Positions 1 through 8,992 of a DNA stretch of 64,000 bases are shown here, piece after piece. Source of the stretch: an uncultured bacterium (GTDB lineage Bacteria; Patescibacteriota; Minisyncoccia; Phycocordibacterales; GWA1-40-21); contig CAIKXE010000011.1 in assembly GCA_903831305.1 (NCBI GenBank), positions 12,002 to 76,001 of the forward strand. The letters run 5' to 3'. Each line of letters opens with the position of its first letter. Position 1 is the stretch's first letter. Position numbers and translations under genes: made by a program. The notes beneath the pieces were generated by a model. The model made no database searches and was not told the origin of the DNA. It was given only the letters and a program-made list of their open reading frames with translations.

Positions 1-237
1 ATCTAAAAATTCTCCATCATTTTTAATTCTGTATAACATTTCTTCCGTCTTGTTTTTTGCTACCTCTTTGTCATTTATATTAAATATTCCTTTCTGTTTC
101 TCAATTTCTTTGTAGTCAAAATTTATGTTAGTAATATGATCTGGTGTAATACCTACGTCGTCTCTTATGTCTATAAGTCTTTGAACAAACCACCGCATTT
201 CTCTTTTTGTAGGTATATTCATGTTGTTTATTATCAT
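1..237 (-). CDS. hypothetical protein, N-terminal 79 codons only (gene runs off window start)
   Basis: Manual minus-strand translation from ATG at 237-235 gives MIINNMNIPTKREMRWFVQRLIDIRDDVG...AKNKTEEMLYRIKNDGEFLD, open to the window edge. No recognisable motif. Confidence 0.3.
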   Translation of the reverse strand, partial: MIINNMNIPTKREMRWFVQRLIDIRDDVGITPDHITNINFDYKEIEKQKGIFNINDKEVAKNKTEEMLYRIKNDGEFLD

Positions 238-291
238 AGCAGAAAAACCGCTTAATTTCACTATTTGTCTGCCTGGGGGTGGAGTATACGG

Positions 292-1188
292 TTAATCGTT
301 TGTGCTGTAGTGTGCCTTAAGATTCTCTACATGCTGGGATGGAGAGATATCCACGGTTTGGCATAGAAGGGATAGTTTTCCTATGATTAACAGGATACTT
401 TCTTCAGTTAGACGTCCTTGCTCGAACTTTTTGAAATATTGGATTAGATCATCTATCTGGAGTACTCCTTCTATTGGTGGTGTTTTTATTTCACAAGCTT
501 CAGTAAAGACAACGATGCTTTCAAAACTATTTTCGGGGATAGCCGGAAACAGCTCCTTTAGCGCCATTATATGGGACCAGTTTTGTCTGATGGGATTTTG
601 AAATTGAAACTTATTTTCTCCACCCGGCAATGACTGTGTCCAGCTCTCTTGGTCTTTGCTACCAAATATCCAACCTTTATAATCCTTGCTTTCAATTACA
701 AAAATTCCAAATTTTGATATAACAAGGTGGTCTATCTGCGAGGAACCATTATTAGTTGCCGGGATGATCAGATTGTTGAAAATATAGTAGTCTTTATAGT
801 TTAAGCCTTCAGCGAGAATATCAGCCACTTCTTGTTCACCCCAGGATAGACCTTTAGTATAACACCGACTTGTGTGCTTTCTATAATTAATTTCGGCAAT
901 ATCTTCCGTCTTTGGATTAGCGGGTATTGATTCTGTATTATATGCGGCGCTCCATCCCAAAATCTTTCTTATGATTTTGACTATTAGGAAAACAATTACA
1001 AATAAAATACCGAGGGAGAAGATAGCACCAATAAATACTCCAGGTGAAGAGGTAAAAAATCCAATCAACAACAAAGAACCGACAAAGACAAATATGGGTT
1101 TTATCATTGAATCATCTCTTGAATTACGATATGCCGATCGGCGTAAATAATATGAACCTCTTTTTCTGTAGTTGTGAAAGTAACCCAT
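292..1188 (-). CDS. NERD-domain (nuclease-related domain) protein with N-terminal membrane anchor
   Basis: Hydrophobic N-terminal helices (IFVFVGSLLLIGFF, LGILFVIVFLIV). The C-terminal region ...IDHLVISKFGIFVIESKDYKGWIFG... resembles NERD-family proteins (family assignment from memory of the fold). Confidence 0.55.
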   Translation of the reverse strand: MGYFHNYRKRGSYYLRRSAYRNSRDDSMIKPIFVFVGSLLLIGFFTSSPGVFIGAIFSLGILFVIVFLIVKIIRKILGWSAAYNTESIPANPKTEDIAEINYRKHTSRCYTKGLSWGEQEVADILAEGLNYKDYYIFNNLIIPATNNGSSQIDHLVISKFGIFVIESKDYKGWIFGSKDQESWTQSLPGGENKFQFQNPIRQNWSHIMALKELFPAIPENSFESIVVFTEACEIKTPPIEGVLQIDDLIQYFKKFEQGRLTEESILLIIGKLSLLCQTVDISPSQHVENLKAHYSTND

Positions 1189-1189
1189 A

Positions 1190-2032
1190 TTAATTACAAT
1201 TTAACGCTTTACGCCAACCGGCATCAGTAGCTTCTTTCTCAGTACAGAACCACCTTTCACCCTTACTTTCATCTATCGTTGTTTTAGCATAGGACCCACA
1301 ACCTATCATATGGTAGATCTTTTCCTTTGTTGAGCCAATATTACCCTTGATGGAGCAGGTACTCGTCCCATTTGTCTGGGTAGCTGCACCGGTAGTGGTG
1401 ACCCCAGCCGTTGAGGTAGCGTTTGGACAAACACTATCTCCCCACAGGCCAGCTTTATTAACCTCAGCCTCTTTTTGCGCTTTCTTGAACTCTGACTGAT
1501 ATTTATAGGGCACATCATAAGTATACTCGTAAGCATAGCCCTCCTTAATCATCAGGAGATTAAAACTGGTCCCATCTTCAAGAAAAACATATCTAAGTAA
1601 CCGGTCGTACTTATCTCTTTCGCCAGAAATTATATCAGCTTCCAAATATACTTTCTGACCACTTAAAAGTTTCTTAGCCTTATCTGAGGCTTCTCGTCCA
1701 AAACACTCTACTGGCTTCCTAGGGTCCACTGTTTCCGGTGTGTTTATTCCTATCAGCCTTACTCTCTCTGTTTTACCATCAAGTGAGACATCAATAGTAT
1801 CGCCGTCCACCACTTTGACTACATCAAGCAACTTCAGATCTGTTGTGAGTGGTTTGACAGAAAGACTTGCTCCAGTACTAGAAGCTATGGACCCTGCTAC
1901 CGTATTTATCTGCTCCTTTTTTGTGTTGGTATCATGACTAGATAGGGAGATAAAAATAATTAATAATACAACTGCTATAATTCCTGTAACATACGCCCTA
2001 TTTTTAAAAATATCTTTTATTTTATTGATCAT
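1190..2032 (-). CDS. secreted/membrane-anchored thermonuclease (staphylococcal nuclease, SNase-like) with Cys-containing C-terminal domain
   Basis: N-terminal TM anchor. SNase motifs [42 protein letters not shown]-terminal ...[14 protein letters not shown]...[19 protein letters not shown]... conserved Cys module. Confidence 0.8.
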   Translation of the reverse strand: MINKIKDIFKNRAYVTGIIAVVLLIIFISLSSHDTNTKKEQINTVAGSIASSTGASLSVKPLTTDLKLLDVVKVVDGDTIDVSLDGKTERVRLIGINTPETVDPRKPVECFGREASDKAKKLLSGQKVYLEADIISGERDKYDRLLRYVFLEDGTSFNLLMIKEGYAYEYTYDVPYKYQSEFKKAQKEAEVNKAGLWGDSVCPNATSTAGVTTTGAATQTNGTSTCSIKGNIGSTKEKIYHMIGCGSYAKTTIDESKGERWFCTEKEATDAGWRKALNCN

Positions 2033-2152
2033 AATAAGGATAGTGTATAACCAAACGTGATACTTCGCAACTTTCCACGGGGCTAATAGTAGGGTGGTAA
2101 AAAGTCAAAAAACGTGTAATAATAAAGGCTATTATAAATATGATATTAAATT

Positions 2153-3949
2153 ATGCAAAAATATACAGTTAATCAGTATTTTGTAAGCAATATATTAAAT
2201 TGGGTTCAAGAAAAGGAAATAGCGATCCCCGAGATTCAGCGACCATTCGTTTGGGATTCAGTGAAGGTCCGTGATTTAATGGACTCTTTATATAAAGGTT
2301 TTCCTATCGGATATATTATTGCGTGGAAGAACCCTGATGTTCGCTTGAAAGATGGAACTATATCAGGTGGTAAAAAAGTATTAATTGATGGCCAGCAACG
2401 CATTACGGCACTTAGGGCGGCGGTTCTTGGTCAAAATATAGTAAATACTGATTACAAAGAAGGACGTATTTATATTGCCTTCCACCCAATTACCGAAGAG
2501 TTCGCAACACTTACACCGGCTATCGAAAAGGACAAGGCTTGGATTCCAGATATTTCTAAGTTAATGACTAAAGATGGCGGACTCTTTCAGGATGTTACAA
2601 ATTATTGTGAAAAAAATCCTGAAGTAAGCAGAGATCTTATAGAAAGGAATATAGAAAAATTACTTCAGATTAAGAGTAAGCAAGTTGGATTTATTGAACT
2701 TGATTCAAATTTGGACATTGAGACGGTCACAGAAATATTTATTCGCATTAACTCCAAAGGGGTAGTCTTAAGTCAGGCGGATTTTGCCATGTCCAAGATT
2801 GCCTCATATGACAATGAAGATAATTTTGGAGTGAACTTAAGAAAGTGTATTGATTATTTCTGTCACCTTTCTCGTGAACCGCATTTTTATAAATACATAA
2901 GTGAGAACGACCAGGAGTTCAGTAAGACCCAGTATCTTTCCAAGATAGCCTGGCTTAAAGATGAAAATGATGATCTGTATGATCCTGATTACTCAGACGT
3001 ATTAAGAGTTAGTTTTACAAAACAGTTTGAAAGAGGAAAGATGGCTGACCTGGTAGGATTACTTTCGGGAAGGAATTTTGAAACAAGGAGTTTTGAGCAA
3101 TCAATAATGGACGAGTCGTTTCAGAAGTTAAGCATGGCTCTATTGGACTTCGTAAACGAAACATATTTTAAAGATTTTGTGATGGCTATCAAGTCCTCCG
3201 GTTTTATAAGCAAGGATTTGGTCAATTCACAAAATACCTTAAACTTTGCATATATTTTATATCTCAAGCTTAGAGAAAAAGGCGTAAACAGGGATGAGAT
3301 TAAACGATTAGTTTCAAGGTGGTTCGTGATGTCTTTATTGACCGGCAGATATTCTGGTTCACCAGAGAGTAAGTTTGATTTTGACATCAAACAGATTTCA
3401 AAGGATGGCGCTGATAAGGTGTTAAAAGCAATTGAGGATGCGGAGCTATCTGATGCTTATTGGAATTTTGGCTTGGTCCAGGCGCTCGATAAGGCTACTA
3501 TAAATAGCCCCTTTCTGAACCTGTTCTTTGCTGCTCAAATTAAGGCTAATGACAGAGGCTTCTTGTCCACGGACATAACGGTGGGAAGCATGATTGAGCA
3601 CAGAGGTGATATACATCATCTATTCCCAAGGGATTATTTGAAATCTAAAGGCTTAGAGCGCGGTGAATATAATCAAATTGCAAACTTTGTGTATGCTCAG
3701 TCGGAAATTAATATCAATATTGGAAACAAAACACCGAAGGGCTACATGCTAGATGTCATTGAGCAGACAATGGGCGGCAAATCAAAGTATGGAGGAATTG
3801 ATAATAAAGAGATTCTGATTGAAAATCTAAGACAGAACTGTATCCCTGAAGGTTTTGAGAAAATGGAAGTCGGTGATTATGAAAATTTTCTTAAAGATAG
3901 GCGTAAGTTGATGGCAAAGAAGATAGAGGGGTATTATAAGAGTTTGTAA
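2153..3949 (+). CDS. GmrSD-family DUF262/DUF1524 protein (type IV restriction-like; ParB-like NTPase/nuclease N-domain + HNH/His-Me C-domain)
   Basis: N-terminal DUF262 hallmarks IPEIQRPFVW and LIDGQQRITAL. C-terminal DUF1524-like HHLFPRDYL. Confidence 0.8.
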   Translation: MQKYTVNQYFVSNILNWVQEKEIAIPEIQRPFVWDSVKVRDLMDSLYKGFPIGYIIAWKNPDVRLKDGTISGGKKVLIDGQQRITALRAAVLGQNIVNTDYKEGRIYIAFHPITEEFATLTPAIEKDKAWIPDISKLMTKDGGLFQDVTNYCEKNPEVSRDLIERNIEKLLQIKSKQVGFIELDSNLDIETVTEIFIRINSKGVVLSQADFAMSKIASYDNEDNFGVNLRKCIDYFCHLSREPHFYKYISENDQEFSKTQYLSKIAWLKDENDDLYDPDYSDVLRVSFTKQFERGKMADLVGLLSGRNFETRSFEQSIMDESFQKLSMALLDFVNETYFKDFVMAIKSSGFISKDLVNSQNTLNFAYILYLKLREKGVNRDEIKRLVSRWFVMSLLTGRYSGSPESKFDFDIKQISKDGADKVLKAIEDAELSDAYWNFGLVQALDKATINSPFLNLFFAAQIKANDRGFLSTDITVGSMIEHRGDIHHLFPRDYLKSKGLERGEYNQIANFVYAQSEININIGNKTPKGYMLDVIEQTMGGKSKYGGIDNKEILIENLRQNCIPEGFEKMEVGDYENFLKDRRKLMAKKIEGYYKSL

Positions 3950-3957
3950 TTGTAATT

Positions 3958-6900
3958 ATGTCTAAAGAGCCTAGAAAAACAAATAAATCTAACGATATAA
4001 ATGAAACTTTTTCATACGGTGTAGTTTATGTTTATTCTATTCCGGACGAAAAACATAAGGGGCGTTTAAAAATCGGTAGTGCAACTATAACTTCAGCCAA
4101 GTCAACTCAAGATGACGTCAATTTAGCTGCTGAAGAGCGAATACAGCAACAAACAAAAACGGCTGATATTTCTTATGTACTTGAGCATGCAGAGCTCGCT
4201 ATTACAAATGACAACTGTTTTTTCCGTGATCATGATGTTCATGAAGTTCTCAAGCGATCAGGTTATGAACGTAAAACAGAGAATGTTAAAAATGCACACT
4301 CGGAGTGGTTTGAAGTTAGTTTAGACGTTGCAAAGAAAGCAATTCAAGCTGTAAAAGAAGGGCGAACAGCATTAATGACTGGAGAAAAAATTGCTCCCAA
4401 GACTTCTGAATTTTCTTTTCGTCCAAACCAGCGCGAAGCGATTGATAAAACTATCAGAGCCATTAAGAAAAATCGCAAACATTTTCTTTGGAATGCAAAG
4501 ATGCGTTTCGGTAAAACATCAGCGGCTATGCAAGTGGCTAAAGAGAATGAAATGAAAAGAGTCATTATCGTCACTCATCGCCCTAGCGTAAGTGTTGATT
4601 GGTACGATGACTTCAACAAAGTATTTATTGGCACAAACTATGAATACTCTTCAAAAACAAAAGGCTTAAATATAAGTACCCTCATGAAAGGTGACAAACC
4701 TTTTGTTTATTTTGCATCTTTACAAGATTTACGCTTATCAAAACGGGTAGTAGAGGATGGGTCCGCTGGATCTAAGGCTGCAGGATTTGATAAAAATGAT
4801 GAAGTTTTTGATACAACCTGGGACATGCTAATTATTGATGAAGCCCATGAGGGAACACAAAGTAATCTCGGGGATGCTACTTTTTTAAAGATACCAACAA
4901 ACTTTACGCTACAGCTTTCCGGCACACCTTTTAATATTCTACATAAGCACGAAGAAGAAGATATATACACCTGGGACTATGTAATGGAACAGGAAGCAAA
5001 GCTCAATTGGGACGAGCGCAATCCCGGAGTACCAAACCCTTATGCTGAACTACCAGCTCTGAGTATTTTTACTTACGACATAGATACATTTGCTAGCCAT
5101 ATTGGTAAATTAGGCGAAGGTTTTCATGATTCCTTAGACGGTGCTTTTAAATTCCATGAGTTTTTCCGTGTACAAAAAGATAATGAGGGTAATGATACTG
5201 CTGAGTTTGTCCATGAGCCGATGGTTAAGAAGTTCTTAGATTTATTGGCTGATGATAAGTTAAAGACAAAATTCCCATACGCGACAGAAGAATACCGTAA
5301 CTATAACAAGCATTCCCTCTGGTTATTACCGAATCGTGTCAAAGTTATTGAAGCAATGGAGAAATTGCTTAAGGACCACCAGATTTTTGGTTCTAATCAA
5401 TTTGGCGTTGTAAATATTTCTGGAGATAGTCGTGATGATGAAGAAGATAAAGACGCCAAGGATCGCGTTACCAAGGCAATTAAAAATTATGACTATACAA
5501 TAACACTAACAGGTCAACGTCTCACAACTGGGGCATCTGTTCCTGAATGGACAGCAATCTTTATGATGTCTGACACAAACTCTGCCACTACCTACTTACA
5601 GACAGCTTTTAGATGTCAAACTCCAGCAAGAATAGATGGTAAGCTAAAAACACAAGGATATGTATTTGATTTTGCTCCAGATCGTACTTTGAAACTGGTC
5701 GCTGAGGCGATAGAGCTTAACCACAAATCAGGAAAGACTAATTCACCAGAACAGAAAGAAGCGATGAGACAATTTCTTAACTTCTGCCCAATTTTAGCCG
5801 CGGAGGGTGGAACAATGAAGCTATATGATGTGGGGAAAATGCTCGTTCAATTGAAAAAAGCCATTATTGAAAGGGTTAGCCGTAATGGTTTTGATGATCC
5901 TAAATTATACAACGATGAGTTGTTACGACTTGATGAGCTAGATGTAGCTAAGTTTAATGCGCTCAAAGCTATTGTTGGTAAATCTACTAGTGAAAGAATA
6001 AACGAAATTGAGATTAACAGTCTTGGTATGACTGATCTCCAAGCAAAGAAAGCAGAAGAAGCTGAACGTAAGAATAAACAAAAGAAAGAGCTATCAGAAG
6101 AAGAAAAGGAAAATTTGAAAAAATTAAAGGAAGCCCGTGAGCAGAAGCAGACGGCTATTAGTATATTACGCGCTGTGAGTATACGTATGCCGATGTTGGT
6201 ATATGGAGCAAATGTATCAATCCACGATGATATAACTTTGCAAAAGTTTATTGAGCTTGTTGATGAAGAGTCTTGGCAAGAGTTTATGCCGGTGGGACTA
6301 ACAAAAGAAAAGTTTAAGGAATTTACTAAATATTATGATGAGGAAGTATTTAAGGGGGTTGCTCACAGTATTCGGGCCAAAGCTTTTGATTGTGATGACC
6401 TCTTACCGACAGATAGAATACGCACAATTTCTGAAATATTCAGCACTTTTAAGAATCCAGACAAGGAAACCGTCCTAACACCTTGGAATGTGGTGAATAT
6501 GCATCTAACCAAAGCTTTTGGTGGCCATGATTTTTGTAGTGAGGTTATAGATAAAAAAGGAAAACCAGAATGGAAGAGTTATAATGTTGATACTAGTGTA
6601 TGGTCCCAGGACGACACAAAGATCCTTGAAATAAATTCAAAGTCTGGTTTGTATCCCTTGTTAGCATGTTATAATGTATATTCGAGACAGCTTAAGAATA
6701 GTAAAGAGAGAAATAAACTAGAAGAGAAGATATTTAGACAAGTATGGAATAAGGTTTTGGCGGATAATATTTTCGTGCTTTGTAAGAGTCCAATGGCTGT
6801 GAGTATCACAAGACGAACGCTTGCCGGATATAGCGGTGCTAGGACGAATATTATTTATATTAAGGACCTGGTTAATAAACTCCAACAGAAAGGTGGTTTT

Positions 6901-7974
6901 AAGGATTATAATTTAAAGAATGAATTATTAGAAAAGTTTAATTTAAAAGATAAAGATATGAAATTCACAGCCGCCGTAGGAAATCCCCCATATCAAATAC
7001 AAACTAAAGATACGAGTGATAATCCTGTCTACCATCTTTTTATGGATGAGTCTTACAAATTAGCAGATAAGGTTGCATTGATTCATCCAGCTCGTTTTTT
7101 ATTTAATGCCGGAAAGACTCCAAAAGAATGGAATAAAAAGATATTAAATGATAAGCATACTAAAGTCATTTTTTATGAACAGCAGTCGTCCAAGGTTTTC
7201 CCGAACACAGATATTAAAGGAGGGATTGCAATAACCTACCATGATATTAGTAAGGATTTTGGTAAAATTGGTTCATTTACTAGTCATCCTGAACTTAAAA
7301 CGATACAGGAGAAAGTCGAGAACCACGACAATTTTGCACCGCTGAGCGGAATGATATACCTACAGAACAAATTTAATCTTGATGCGTTATATAAAGATAA
7401 TCCATCGTTTAAAAAAATAATTGGAAGTAGTGGCAGAGAGAAACGTTTAACTTCTCCAATATTTGAACAACTTAATGTTTTTGTGGATAATCCAAAGCAC
7501 GATACAGATGTTAGAATTTTTGGTTTGATAAAAAATAATCGAACCTATAAATGGATAGGCAAAAACTATTTAGAAAAACATCCGAACTTAGAGAAGTATA
7601 AAGTCTTAGTTGCTAAGGCTAATGGAAGCGGGGCTCTTGGTGAGGTGCTCTCATCTCCTATTATCTGTGAACCTTTTACAGGTTTTACATTTAGTTTTAT
7701 CTCATTTGGCGCCTTTAATGATGAAGATGAAGCTCAAGCGGTTCTAAAATATATCAAAACAAAGTTTGCGCGAACTATGTTGGGAGTATTAAAAATTACA
7801 CAGGATAATCTTCCTAGGACTTGGTCAAAAGTTCCTCTTCAGAATTTCACTAATAAATCTGATATTGATTGGTCGAAATCTATTCCTGAGATAGATAAAC
7901 AACTGTATGCGAAATATGGTCTTGATAAAAAAGAAATAGACTTCATCGAGACACATGTGAAGCCTATGGTTTAA
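3958..7974 (+). CDS. fused T5orf172 (GIY-YIG-superfamily) domain - SF2/SNF2-like DEAH helicase - gamma-class N6-adenine DNA methyltransferase (Type ISP/IIG-like restriction-modification enzyme) with C-terminal putative target-recognition region
   Basis: N-terminus GVVYVYSIPD...GRLKIGSAT...HEVLKRSGYERK...EWFEV (T5orf172 pattern). Helicase motif I FGKTSAA, motif II LIIDEAHEG, motif III LSGTPF and Q/R motif TGQRLTTGAS. MTase motif X-like VLTPWNVVNM, motif I-like ILEINSKSGLYPLLA and motif IV AVGNPPYQ. About 330 aa follow NPPY. Confidence 0.8.
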   Translation: MSKEPRKTNKSNDINETFSYGVVYVYSIPDEKHKGRLKIGSATITSAKSTQDDVNLAAEERIQQQTKTADISYVLEHAELAITNDNCFFRDHDVHEVLKRSGYERKTENVKNAHSEWFEVSLDVAKKAIQAVKEGRTALMTGEKIAPKTSEFSFRPNQREAIDKTIRAIKKNRKHFLWNAKMRFGKTSAAMQVAKENEMKRVIIVTHRPSVSVDWYDDFNKVFIGTNYEYSSKTKGLNISTLMKGDKPFVYFASLQDLRLSKRVVEDGSAGSKAAGFDKNDEVFDTTWDMLIIDEAHEGTQSNLGDATFLKIPTNFTLQLSGTPFNILHKHEEEDIYTWDYVMEQEAKLNWDERNPGVPNPYAELPALSIFTYDIDTFASHIGKLGEGFHDSLDGAFKFHEFFRVQKDNEGNDTAEFVHEPMVKKFLDLLADDKLKTKFPYATEEYRNYNKHSLWLLPNRVKVIEAMEKLLKDHQIFGSNQFGVVNISGDSRDDEEDKDAKDRVTKAIKNYDYTITLTGQRLTTGASVPEWTAIFMMSDTNSATTYLQTAFRCQTPARIDGKLKTQGYVFDFAPDRTLKLVAEAIELNHKSGKTNSPEQKEAMRQFLNFCPILAAEGGTMKLYDVGKMLVQLKKAIIERVSRNGFDDPKLYNDELLRLDELDVAKFNALKAIVGKSTSERINEIEINSLGMTDLQAKKAEEAERKNKQKKELSEEEKENLKKLKEAREQKQTAISILRAVSIRMPMLVYGANVSIHDDITLQKFIELVDEESWQEFMPVGLTKEKFKEFTKYYDEEVFKGVAHSIRAKAFDCDDLLPTDRIRTISEIFSTFKNPDKETVLTPWNVVNMHLTKAFGGHDFCSEVIDKKGKPEWKSYNVDTSVWSQDDTKILEINSKSGLYPLLACYNVYSRQLKNSKERNKLEEKIFRQVWNKVLADNIFVLCKSPMAVSITRRTLAGYSGARTNIIYIKDLVNKLQQKGGFKDYNLKNELLEKFNLKDKDMKFTAAVGNPPYQIQTKDTSDNPVYHLFMDESYKLADKVALIHPARFLFNAGKTPKEWNKKILNDKHTKVIFYEQQSSKVFPNTDIKGGIAITYHDISKDFGKIGSFTSHPELKTIQEKVENHDNFAPLSGMIYLQNKFNLDALYKDNPSFKKIIGSSGREKRLTSPIFEQLNVFVDNPKHDTDVRIFGLIKNNRTYKWIGKNYLEKHPNLEKYKVLVAKANGSGALGEVLSSPIICEPFTGFTFSFISFGAFNDEDEAQAVLKYIKTKFARTMLGVLKITQDNLPRTWSKVPLQNFTNKSDIDWSKSIPEIDKQLYAKYGLDKKEIDFIETHVKPMV

Positions 7975-7977
7975 ATT

Positions 7978-8910
7978 ATGAAAGTCTCGACGCGTAATAT
8001 TGATATACTCGAAAACACGCTTCGTCGTACCGGTGATTTGCTGGATATTCTTCTATTGGACCGCACCACAAAAAAGAATATCATCTGGGCAACAGATTCA
8101 TATGAAAAACATGGCAGAGATTTTTTAGCTAAAACGAGAATCATGCCAGAATTGGTAACTGGTAAGTGTGGCTTGCTCATACAACCACGCGCTGCTAAAA
8201 GTTTGGATGAACAACGTCTACGCACTAAAGACAAGGCTGAGGTTTTTACACCATTAAAGATTGTAGATCAGATGAATAAAATGATTGAGACTGCTGACCA
8301 CAGTAGTCTGCCTAGTAAAAGTAATTGGCAAGAATACGTTCGTGAATTGAAGATTGAGATTACCTGCGGTGAGGCCCCCTTTATTGTTAGTCGCTATAAT
8401 CCAATTGCAAATACTCGCAAAATTATTAAATTAGATAGTCGCGTTGGTTTTTTAGATAGAAAATTGAAAATAGTATCTAAATATTGTCCTACGAAAAAAG
8501 AGTGGTTGTTTTGGGCAAAAGAAGCTTTTAGGGCAAGTTATGGCTATGAATGGCAGGGGGATAATGTGCTGCTTGCGCGTGAGAACTTGTTGTACACGCT
8601 TATTGACTATTACAAAGCTAAATTTAAAGAGAAACCATCTCTCAAGATACAAGAAGAATTTGCGGAAATTATAAGTTGGAATATATTCCAAATGGACGGC
8701 CTGCGGTACGTTATTCCTATGAGTTGCCATCATGAGAGCAGGGTTATTCCTAGTGTAGCTACGCTTTTTGGTGAAATACCAGGTAAGGTTGAGAAGAATG
8801 AATGTGAAGGCTGTAAGTATAATCGTCCAAATAAACACAACGGAAGACATGTCCAAATTATGGATTGGAGTAAGAATAAGGTAGTAAGGTTCGTGGATTT
8901 AATTAAATAA
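7978..8910 (+). CDS. MTase-like protein carrying HsdM/Eco57I-type motif X and motif I but no NPPY catalytic motif; C-terminal Cys/His cluster (putative Zn site)
   Basis: AEVFTPLKIVDQMNKMI matches the G-E-F-F-T-P-x-x-V motif X of gamma-class N6A MTases. EITCGEAPFIV resembles motif I. No (N/D/S)PP(Y/F) anywhere. C-terminal cluster CHHESR...NECEGCKYNRPNKHNGRH. Confidence 0.45.
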   Translation: MKVSTRNIDILENTLRRTGDLLDILLLDRTTKKNIIWATDSYEKHGRDFLAKTRIMPELVTGKCGLLIQPRAAKSLDEQRLRTKDKAEVFTPLKIVDQMNKMIETADHSSLPSKSNWQEYVRELKIEITCGEAPFIVSRYNPIANTRKIIKLDSRVGFLDRKLKIVSKYCPTKKEWLFWAKEAFRASYGYEWQGDNVLLARENLLYTLIDYYKAKFKEKPSLKIQEEFAEIISWNIFQMDGLRYVIPMSCHHESRVIPSVATLFGEIPGKVEKNECEGCKYNRPNKHNGRHVQIMDWSKNKVVRFVDLIK

Positions 8911-8992
8911 GACTAAAATTAGGGGCGTAATATATAAAGTATCCAGTAGTAGGTAGTTACGGCGGTTTAATGGAAAAAATAAGGAAACAAAT

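Noticed and set aside
7978-8910. Calling the 310-aa protein a functional DNA methyltransferase
   Set aside because: Motifs X and I are present but no motif IV (NPPY/DPPY/SPPF) is found, so catalytic MTase activity is not supportable.
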